Shown: positions 1-8,595 of the stretch, piece by piece
Layout: each line of letters begins with the position of its first letter
Numbering within the stretch: the stretch's first letter is position 1
Source: Acidothermus cellulolyticus 11B
Lineage (GTDB): Bacteria; Actinomycetota; Actinomycetes; Acidothermales; Acidothermaceae
Direction of reading: 5' to 3'
Length of the DNA stretch: 32,000 nucleotides
Assembly (NCBI RefSeq): GCF_000015025.1
Contig: NC_008578.1
Span: 510,001-542,000, forward strand
Position numbers and translations under genes: made by a program
The notes under the pieces: generated by a model
Databases searched by the model: none
What the model saw: only the letters and a program-made list of their open reading frames with translations
Told to the model about the DNA's origin: nothing

Positions 1-262
1 GCTTGACCAGCGGTTTTTTTACTTCACCCGCGTTTGGACGGGCGGATCGCTCGGGACTTCCAAGTCCGCACCCAACAGATCGTCTAGTTGAGCCCTGTCG
101 ATGTGATCTTCTCCTCTGACAGAGAAGGCCGCTGGCGCGGCGCGGCTTCCGACTACTCCATGACGCATCTTTGCAGCACCGAAGGCATCCCCCACTGCGG
201 CGATTGCGTCACCGACGACGAGTACGCCGGCAAAGCCAGCAAGTAGCTCACACAACGATTAG

Positions 263-1683
<1,421 letters not shown>

Positions 1684-1728
1684 CTACCGTGTCGTATTCC
1701 CGGTCGTCGGTAGTGCGACGAGTACGAC

Positions 1729-3030
1729 GTGTCCCTGTCACCGGACGATTTTCTTCAGCCGCTTGACCTCGACTCTACGCTTCGGTCCGAGGAAGAGCGG
1801 GCGTTGTCCACGTTTGCCGGTGGGAGCGCCGGTGGGGTCAACGCGACAATCTCCGACCCTCTCGTGGTTGCGATATTGACGTTCTTCGACGGTGTCGGTC
1901 ACGTCGTGCGGTCATGCAAGGTCGGTGCTGAATTGGCGGCGCGCGGCCACAACGTCGTGGTCGGTTGTGCCGAAGGAGCGAAACAAATCGTCGAGCGCTT
2001 CAACCTCACCCACTGGCCGATACATGAAGTCGCACCGTTACCGCCCGAAGGGCATCCACCCGGACGCAGCAGGCTCAGCAACCCGCAGTACTTAGCGGCG
2101 TGCCTCGACAGCGAGGCACGCCTGCTGGCCGCCGTCCGGCCGGCTGTCGTCCTCGTAGATTTTCGGGTCACGGGAACCGTCAGCAGCGCTGCCGCGGGAG
2201 TCCCCTGTGCGTGGCTGGCGAACCTCAGTTTTCTTCATTACCCGTTGAGCGCTATTTGGCCACAGATCTGCCAGGGATTCGCAGAGATCGGTGTGGCTCC
2301 TCCGAGCCGTCCGTTTGGTGAGGCGTTGTTGGTCCCCAGCTCGGCATGGCTGGAACCGCTGGACGGCGTACCCGCGGAGGTTCGGCAGTGGGTGACGGGC
2401 GTCGTTTCAGACGTCCGCTTCGTTGGTCCGATTCCGAGTATCGACGGGTCGCCTGGGGCGTCCGATAGGCGTGACGCCCGCCGGTCCGAGGAGTACGTCT
2501 ACGTGACGTTTGGCGGTCTTGCTGCGGGTTCCACGATTGTGCAGAGGCTGCTCCCAGCGCTGGCTGAGTTGGACATGCACGTGGTGGTCAGCATGGGCCC
2601 GCATACCGCCGCCTCGGCATTGAGCGACGTTCCCCCGAATGTGGCGATCCGGCCTTTCGACAACAACTATCCGGCTCTGATCCGTAACGCCAGTGTCGTC
2701 GTACACCACGGCGGTCACACCACCCTCATCGACGCGATGTACGCGGGAATTCCGGCGATATGCCTGCCGCAGCACGATGAGCAACGTCGAAACGGCCGGC
2801 TGCTTGAGGAGCTCGGCACCGGTAAAGTCGTCGAACTCGACGAGGTCGGCTCGATCGCGCGAGAAATTAAGAATCTGTTGTCTGACACCGTAGTGCGCGG
2901 CAACTGCGAAAAGGTGGCCCGTCTTCTCTCCGTGGAGCGCGGGGCCGCCGATGCTGCGGACGCACTCGAGCGCATCGCTCGTTGGCGTCGCGTCCTCGCA
3001 GCAGACAGGCCGTCGGTCTCGGGAGTGTGA
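1729..3030 (+). CDS. GT1-family (GT-B, MGT/UDP-glycosyltransferase-like) glycosyltransferase
   Basis: 433-aa ORF. The C-terminal nucleotide-sugar motif VVHHGGHTTLIDAMYAGIPAICLPQHDEQRRNG matches HHGGxGT...P.....DQ..NA. The N-terminal FFDGVGHV...GHNVVV acceptor-domain pattern is present. The start (GTG 1729) is uncertain. Confidence 0.8.
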   Translation: MSLSPDDFLQPLDLDSTLRSEEERALSTFAGGSAGGVNATISDPLVVAILTFFDGVGHVVRSCKVGAELAARGHNVVVGCAEGAKQIVERFNLTHWPIHEVAPLPPEGHPPGRSRLSNPQYLAACLDSEARLLAAVRPAVVLVDFRVTGTVSSAAAGVPCAWLANLSFLHYPLSAIWPQICQGFAEIGVAPPSRPFGEALLVPSSAWLEPLDGVPAEVRQWVTGVVSDVRFVGPIPSIDGSPGASDRRDARRSEEYVYVTFGGLAAGSTIVQRLLPALAELDMHVVVSMGPHTAASALSDVPPNVAIRPFDNNYPALIRNASVVVHHGGHTTLIDAMYAGIPAICLPQHDEQRRNGRLLEELGTGKVVELDEVGSIAREIKNLLSDTVVRGNCEKVARLLSVERGAADAADALERIARWRRVLAADRPSVSGV

Positions 3031-3033
3031 CCG

Positions 3034-4059
3034 ATGGATCTGAGCGTGGTTATCATCACCCGGGATGCGACGCGAGACTTGCGTAGGCTGCTTCGCTCAC
3101 TCGAGTCTCAGGTGCTGCGGGTCGGGGCCGAGGTTATCGTTGTGGACGACGGTTCACGGCGTCCCGACGCTGTTGCCAACGTATGTGCAACCTTTGCCGG
3201 CCCGATAAGACTGCTGAGGCGAGCGCGGGGCGAGGGATCGAGGGCGGCAAGCCGCAACCGGGGTATCGATGCTGCGCGGGGCCGGGTCGTGCTTTTTCTG
3301 GACTCCGATCAAGTCGCTCCTGAGACGCTGCTCTCTGAGCACCTGCGATACCACCGGGCCTTCGACCGCGCTTGTGTCATCGGCTTCAGGCGGCATGCCG
3401 GTCCGGGCCGGACAGTCCAATGCCTTCGACCTGAGGTTCGAACGCGTGTGACGTCTCGGTGGTCGGAGAACATCCGTGCCTTAGCGAGTGCGTGGTACCT
3501 GACTTTCACCTGCAACCTGTCTGTCACGCGCGACGTGCTTGTTGACATTCATGGATTCGACGAAGGGTTCGTGGGCTGGGGCCTGGAAGACAGCGAACTC
3601 GGGCTGAGAGCGTGGCAGCACGGCGCGGTCATCGTTCACAACCCGTACGCATGGACCATCGACTACGGGCACGTGGTGCGGACGGACCCGCAGCGCATGC
3701 AGGAATGGCAAGCCAATCGCTCGCATTTCCTTCACAAACACGCAAAGGACGCCGGGAGTGCATTGGCGCTCTTAGACAATTATCCACGCGGCCCGGGATC
3801 GCTGGGATTTCGGTGGTTAGAGTCATACGAGCGTTTTGAAAGACAGTGCCGCGTGAACCTCGGCAGACCGGAGTCGACGCCTGCAGCGCCGGCGTCTGTC
3901 ACCGTGATAAATCACGACGATCTCAACGAGGTGAGGGAACGGATCTCGCACGGCGAGTCCTTGGACATTATTGATTTCTTGCCCTCGAGCGGACTCGATC
4001 TTGAGATCCAGTTGTCGCCTGCCGAACGCATCCGCTATTGGGTGGGTGGCCGATGGTGA
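3034..4059 (+). CDS. GT2-family glycosyltransferase
   Basis: MDLSVVIITRDATRDL..., VIVVDDGS and LFLDSDQV (DxD) are classic GT-A/GT2 motifs. The ATG lies 3 nt after the GT1 stop. Confidence 0.85.
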   Translation: MDLSVVIITRDATRDLRRLLRSLESQVLRVGAEVIVVDDGSRRPDAVANVCATFAGPIRLLRRARGEGSRAASRNRGIDAARGRVVLFLDSDQVAPETLLSEHLRYHRAFDRACVIGFRRHAGPGRTVQCLRPEVRTRVTSRWSENIRALASAWYLTFTCNLSVTRDVLVDIHGFDEGFVGWGLEDSELGLRAWQHGAVIVHNPYAWTIDYGHVVRTDPQRMQEWQANRSHFLHKHAKDAGSALALLDNYPRGPGSLGFRWLESYERFERQCRVNLGRPESTPAAPASVTVINHDDLNEVRERISHGESLDIIDFLPSSGLDLEIQLSPAERIRYWVGGRW

Positions 4060-5312
4060 GCGTTCGGCGGCTGGGCGGTCGCGACCGTCGCACGGGAACG
4101 GCGGGTCCATACCGCATGCCGCGAAGCTTCACCGTTGCGATCGGAGCCAATGGCGCCGCACTCGGGATCATAAGCTTGACGTATCCGCTGTTGCTGAATG
4201 CGCTGGACGCCACGAAACTGGAAGTCGTTCTCCTATTCGTCATTGATGCCTGTGTGGTCGTCGCAGCGAATCTCGGTGGAGTTCCGGAGTGGTCGAGCAG
4301 GGATCGCCGGGGAGCGCTTGCCACTCAGGTTGTCGCGGCGGCGGGTCTCCTGACTGCCGCTGGAAGCAGTTTTCTTCTCCAGCTGTACGCCGGCGCGGCG
4401 ATGTCCATGGGTCTTACGGTTTTGTTTCCCTGCATCCTAGGAGCTTTGTCGACCGGCGACGTGCGCCCGTCCAATTCCTACGTCGTGTCTATGCTCCGGC
4501 GCTGCTTTACGGCCGGCTTTCTCACCGGGACCGCCGTCGTCGGTCTGACCGGCTTGACCGGGCGGTCCGACGGCGTCCGTACCGCGGTCGCTGTCGCCGG
4601 GGGACTCGCAGTTGTCAGTGCGGTCGCGACGTGGTTCGGTATGACACGGGTGAAGAGTCCGGCCACGCGAAGCGGGGACGCGACTGCGGACGGCATGCCG
4701 CCGAGACGCCCGTCGTCGCAGCGCGTGAGCAGAGGGGTGGCGTTGGGGCTCCTGGCCGCTGTGATCCTCCTAAAGGCAGCGGATAGCCTTCGAGGGGTCT
4801 ATTTGCCGCTCTACGCGGCGAAGTCGGGGATTCCGGTGAGCGTAATTTCTGGACTCTTCCTGGTGACCGGTGTGGGCGAGATTCTCATCCTGCCGTTCCT
4901 CGCTCGTTTGACGGAGACTGCCGGAGCGCGTACGGCACTGATAGGCGTTGCGGGCATCGGAGCAGCAGTGTTTGCTGTGATCGTCTTTGGCGGCCGTAGC
5001 TATTGGACCCTTTTCGGTTCGCAGGCGTTGTACGCCGTTTACGCTGCCGGCTACCAGATGATGGGCGTTGTCGTTTTAGGCGAGGCGATAGGCGGTCTGC
5101 TGCGCGGCGCAGCGGTATACACGGCCGTCATGCAATGTGGCGCCTTGACCGGCATATTCTTGCCGTTGGCCGTTCCCGGATACAGCAGCGCGCTGTTCGT
5201 CGGCGCACTCGTCTGCTGCTGCCTGGCTGGGGGAGCACTCTGGACGGCGAGAGTCGCGGCATCGCGCGGCTATGCAAAGGCCGCAGCAGGACTCACGGTG
5301 ACGGATGGTTAG
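4053..5312 (+). CDS. MFS-type polytopic membrane transporter
   Basis: About 12 hydrophobic segments with a central Arg/Ser-rich loop. The ATG at 4053 overlaps the GT2 stop (ATGGTGA), implying translational coupling. The tracked TTG 4038 is an alternative start. Confidence 0.7.
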   Translation: MVSVRRLGGRDRRTGTAGPYRMPRSFTVAIGANGAALGIISLTYPLLLNALDATKLEVVLLFVIDACVVVAANLGGVPEWSSRDRRGALATQVVAAAGLLTAAGSSFLLQLYAGAAMSMGLTVLFPCILGALSTGDVRPSNSYVVSMLRRCFTAGFLTGTAVVGLTGLTGRSDGVRTAVAVAGGLAVVSAVATWFGMTRVKSPATRSGDATADGMPPRRPSSQRVSRGVALGLLAAVILLKAADSLRGVYLPLYAAKSGIPVSVISGLFLVTGVGEILILPFLARLTETAGARTALIGVAGIGAAVFAVIVFGGRSYWTLFGSQALYAVYAAGYQMMGVVVLGEAIGGLLRGAAVYTAVMQCGALTGIFLPLAVPGYSSALFVGALVCCCLAGGALWTARVAASRGYAKAAAGLTVTDG

Positions 5313-5536
5313 GCCGGTTTCGCGTTGCTCGGCTGACCATGCTGTTGCCGCGGTTCCGTTGCCGGATTGGGATGGCGTGCATCACGCCGGCGTCGGGCGG
5401 GCAGGGGTTGTGGTTGGCCGGTAATCGCCGTTCGGTTCCCGGTGGGCTCCTGTGTTCGCGTCGCCGTCCGCAGCCGGGGCTCGGGCTTGGTGCCGACGCG
5501 TCATTTTTGAGCCCGGGCGCTCGGCCGACGGCATGC

Positions 5537-6172
5537 CTATCGATAAGGTCGCCAATCAGGTGGTGGTACCGCGGGTTGACGAAGCAAGTCGATGAGAGCG
5601 TCGATGCTTTCGTCGAGCCGCTTCCGATCGATTCCGGCTCTCGCCACCAACGCCGCTCCTTGGAACACGATCTGTAACAGCAAGGCTTGTGCCTCGGGGG
5701 TGGCCGTCGTGACTACCTCACCGTTCGCTTGACCCCGGCGTAGCGCATCGCTTACCACTTCAACGAACCCGTCGTACGCAGCGGCGACCATCGCCTGGGC
5801 GGCGTCGTCGCCCGGGACGAGTTCTGCCGTCGTGTTGCCGACCAGGCAACCGCGAGGCTGGTCGCGGCCCGAAACGCCCGTCAAGGTCGCCGGGTTGGTG
5901 AGCATACGACGCAACACCGGAAGGACGGGACCGTCTTCTCGCAGGGCCGCCGCGAGTCGTTCGCGGTTCTCCCGGATGTAGAGAGACAGTGCCCGCAGGT
6001 AGAGGCGGTGTTTGTCCCCGAAGGCGCCGTACAGACTGGCGCGCTGGAGCCCAAGGTTGTCTACCAGGTCCTGGACTGAGGTGGCGTGATAGCCCCGTGA
6101 CCAGAACAGGTTGCGCGCGCGCTCGACAACCTTCTCTTCGTCGTACGAGCGGGGCCGGCCGGTTCGCGTCAT
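5537..6172 (-). CDS. TetR/AcrR-family transcriptional regulator
   Basis: MTRTGRPRSYDEEKVVERARNLFWSRGYHATSVQDLVDNLGLQRASLYGAFGDKHRLY is a canonical TetR HTH. The start was trimmed to ATG 6172; the tracked ORF extends to 6265 through a non-family sequence. Confidence 0.9.
   Translation of the reverse strand: MTRTGRPRSYDEEKVVERARNLFWSRGYHATSVQDLVDNLGLQRASLYGAFGDKHRLYLRALSLYIRENRERLAAALREDGPVLPVLRRMLTNPATLTGVSGRDQPRGCLVGNTTAELVPGDDAAQAMVAAAYDGFVEVVSDALRRGQANGEVVTTATPEAQALLLQIVFQGAALVARAGIDRKRLDESIDALIDLLRQPAVPPPDWRPYR
5539..5574. repeat. 36-bp direct repeat, copy A (ATCGATAAGGTCGCCAATCAGGTGGTGGTA-C-CGCGG)
   Basis: 35/36 identical to 8560-8595. It starts on the last base of the TetR stop codon. 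Confidence 0.95.
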
Positions 6173-6237
6173 GAGGCCAGCTTGCCAGATTTCTTGACTT
6201 GCCGTTCCAAAAGTCGTAACGTTGTGCCCATGTCTTA

Positions 6238-6253
6238 TGGAACGATCATTCCA
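6238..6253. promoter_or_regulatory. candidate TetR operator, imperfect 16-bp palindrome TGGAACGATCATTCCA
   Basis: 14/16 self-complementary and centred on GATC. It lies in the 110-bp divergent gap between the TetR and SDR genes. A further CGTTCC...GGAACG pairing occurs with 6204-6209. Confidence 0.45.
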
Positions 6254-6282
6254 AAACTTGTCCAAGCCGGTCGAGGGCAGCC

Positions 6283-7179
6283 GTGAGGGTGTTCGTCACC
6301 GGCGCATCCGGGTTCGTCGGCTCGGCTGTCGTGTCCCACTTGGCAGCAGCGGGGCACGTGGTGGTCGGCCTGGCGCGATCCGACTCCTCCGCGGGGCGCC
6401 TAGCGGTCCTCGGCGCCAGCGTGGTCGAGGGCTCTCTGGACGACGTCGATGTCATACAGCAAGCAGCGGCATCGTCCGACGCCGTGACCCACCTGGCCTT
6501 TCGCCACGGGGAGCCAGCGGCGTTGGCAGCCGACACGGATCTCCAGGTGATCGAGGCGCTGGGTGATGCCCTCGCCGGCACCGGCCGTCCTCTGGTGGTC
6601 ACCTCGGGCACTCTGGTCCTGCCTCCTCGCCGGGTGGGTCGCGAGACCGACAGGGCCGTCACCGATTCCCCAGCAGCATTTCGTGCCGCCAGCGAGAAGG
6701 CCGCCCTGGCGCTCGCCGGGCGCGACATTCGAGTGGTGGTTATGCGCCTCGCACCGATGGTCCACGACGCCGTCCGGCGGGGCTTTGCCGGCACGTTGAT
6801 CGACATCGCGAGGCGTACCGGGATGTCGGGCTACCTCGGCGACGGCTCACAGCGCTGGCCCGCCGTGCATCGGCAGGACGCCGCCCTGCTCTACCGACTC
6901 GCTCTTGAGCACGCGCCGGCGGGGAGTGTCCTGCACGCTGTCGACGAGGAGGGTATCCCGCTGGCGGTACTGGCTGGGAGGATCGGCGCGCTCTGCGGCG
7001 TGCCGGTGCGCCCCATCCCCATCGAGCAGGCCGATGCGCACTTCGGCTGGCTCGCCAGGTTGGTTGCAACCGACGCACCGGCATCGAGCGCCATGACTCG
7101 CCGACTCCTCGGCTGGAGGCCGTCTCATCGGGAACTGATTGACGACCTCGCACACATGGTCGAGAAGTCGTCATCGTGA
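6283..7179 (+). CDS. atypical SDR / NAD(P)-dependent epimerase-dehydratase family protein
   Basis: MRVFVTGASGFVGSAVVSHLAAAGHVVVGLARS is a Rossmann TGxxGxxG motif. The 298-aa gene is divergent from the TetR gene. Confidence 0.85.
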   Translation: MRVFVTGASGFVGSAVVSHLAAAGHVVVGLARSDSSAGRLAVLGASVVEGSLDDVDVIQQAAASSDAVTHLAFRHGEPAALAADTDLQVIEALGDALAGTGRPLVVTSGTLVLPPRRVGRETDRAVTDSPAAFRAASEKAALALAGRDIRVVVMRLAPMVHDAVRRGFAGTLIDIARRTGMSGYLGDGSQRWPAVHRQDAALLYRLALEHAPAGSVLHAVDEEGIPLAVLAGRIGALCGVPVRPIPIEQADAHFGWLARLVATDAPASSAMTRRLLGWRPSHRELIDDLAHMVEKSSS

Positions 7180-8456
7180 CCGAGACATCAACGTCCACGG
7201 TGGTGCCTGCGACGACGTCTTCGGGACCGGAACGGGCAGCGCTGCGGAGCGCCGACGTCGTTGTGTTGTCCATCGGAACCTTTACCCTCGGCGTCGACGG
7301 GTTCGTACTGTCCGGCCTCCTCCCGCGTGTCGCCAGGTCACTGCACGTCACGGTCAGTACAGCGGGCCAACTCACCACTCTCTTCGCCCTTGTCTACGCT
7401 GTCGGCTCCCCGCTTATCGCCACCCTTACCGGCAGCTGGGATCGTCGCAGGGTGCTAGCCGCTGGGATGAGCGTGTTCATCTGCGGAATGATCATCCAGG
7501 CCACCGGAACAGACTTCGCCGCCGTGGCCGCTGGCCGGGTCCTCGCCGCTCTCGGTGCCGCCGGGTACCAAGCAACTGCCTACAGCACCGCCGGCATCCT
7601 CAGCGACGATCGGCATCGAGCCCGGTCGCTCGCCATTGTGGCCGGCGGCAGCTCGGCTGCGCTCGTCGCCGGCCTGCCCTTCGGCATCTTGGTCGGTCAG
7701 ATGTGGGGATGGCGGTCGGCCATGTGGGTTCTGGTCGTCCTCGCAGTTGTCTCGGCGATCGCGGTGCGTCTCCTTCCCCCCGCTCACGCCCCGGCACTCG
7801 GGCTGCGCCAACGGGCCCTGGCCCTGACGGACCGTCGGGTGCTCGGCGTCCTCGCTGGCACCGTCACCGTCTTGACCCCCGCCTTCGTAGTGATCGCGTA
7901 CCTGCCGGCCATCGTGCAGACCGGGGGTGCCTGGATCGTGGCGGCCATGCTCGCGTACGGAAGCGGGCAGGTTACCGGAACCAGTGTCGTCGCCCGCCTC
8001 ATCCGGCAGCGAAGCGCAAGAACCACCTACGTGGTCGGTGCCGTCGGCGTCACGGTCACTGTTGCAATGCTCGCCGCGACGCGCCACTGGCTCCCGGTCG
8101 CCGTCGGGACGATGGCCGCGCTTGGCTTGTCGGTCGGGCTAACCATCGTCCCCCAGCAGCACCGACTCTTCGCCACCGTGCCGGCATTGGCCTCCGTCGC
8201 CGTTGGGCTCAATGGTTCATCCATCTACGTCGGTACCGCCATCGGTGCTGCGGTTGGCGGCATCGCCCTAGCCGGCGCCGGTTCAGCTGCCCCCGCGGTC
8301 GCTGCCGCCGCGATCGGAGTTGTCGCCGTCGCGCTCGGCGTGTGGGTGGTACCCGAGCGGATGTCCAGGCCTCAACCAACCCTCATCGACGCTGCCAGCG
8401 ATTGGCACGTCGAGCGGATGGTGGCTGAGAACACCTCGATCGACGCGTGCCGCTAG
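7176..8456 (+). CDS. MFS transporter (12-TM, drug/metabolite efflux type)
   Basis: 426 aa with about 12 hydrophobic helices. Its GTG overlaps the SDR stop (GTGA). Confidence 0.8.
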   Translation: MTETSTSTVVPATTSSGPERAALRSADVVVLSIGTFTLGVDGFVLSGLLPRVARSLHVTVSTAGQLTTLFALVYAVGSPLIATLTGSWDRRRVLAAGMSVFICGMIIQATGTDFAAVAAGRVLAALGAAGYQATAYSTAGILSDDRHRARSLAIVAGGSSAALVAGLPFGILVGQMWGWRSAMWVLVVLAVVSAIAVRLLPPAHAPALGLRQRALALTDRRVLGVLAGTVTVLTPAFVVIAYLPAIVQTGGAWIVAAMLAYGSGQVTGTSVVARLIRQRSARTTYVVGAVGVTVTVAMLAATRHWLPVAVGTMAALGLSVGLTIVPQQHRLFATVPALASVAVGLNGSSIYVGTAIGAAVGGIALAGAGSAAPAVAAAAIGVVAVALGVWVVPERMSRPQPTLIDAASDWHVERMVAENTSIDACR

Positions 8457-8559
8457 CAGCTGTTCGCCCGGTTGCTGCGCCCGCGGCTGTCCCAGGCCGG
8501 TGGTCAGGATCGCGCGACTGGTCCTACCGGCGGCGGCCGCGTGCCGCGGCGAGCTGCCC

Positions 8560-8595
8560 ATCGATAAGGTCGCCAATCAGGTGGTGGTAGCGCGG
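8560..8595. repeat. 36-bp direct repeat, copy B
   Basis: 35/36 identical to 5539-5574. It ends on the first base of the GTG start of the PAP2::WS/DGAT gene. Confidence 0.95.

Noticed and set aside
19-255. 78-aa minus-strand ORF at the left edge considered as a real gene.
   Set aside because: It has low third-position GC relative to all confident genes and no recognisable family. The opposite strand carries a frame with genome-typical codon bias. It is kept only as an ambiguity in the findings.
5313-5536. The 224-bp convergent gap after the first MFS gene, examined for an sRNA, a small ORF or a terminator. It holds the hairpin GGCGTG-CAT-CACGCC at about 5372-5386 and the pair GGGCTC...GAGCCC around a TTTTT run.
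   Set aside because: The stems are short or have very long loops. The 40-codon minus-strand ORF has no RBS or family signal, so nothing supportable was found.
5537-6265. N-terminally extended versions of several tracked ORFs: TetR to 6265, nirK to 26239, the membrane protein to 23639, DUF59 to 21949, AhpD-like from 20715 and DUF167 to 12193.
   Set aside because: The extensions lack family similarity and are low-complexity. Internal starts with good RBS or stop/start overlaps reproduce family-typical N-termini.
8457-8567. In-frame open extension after the TAG stop of the MFS gene (36 sense codons up to TAA, moderately high GC3), considered as stop-codon read-through or a recently truncated gene.
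   Set aside because: The peptide (QLFARLLRPRLSQAGGQDRATGP...) has no membrane or family character. Open frames of this length are expected by chance at this GC content.
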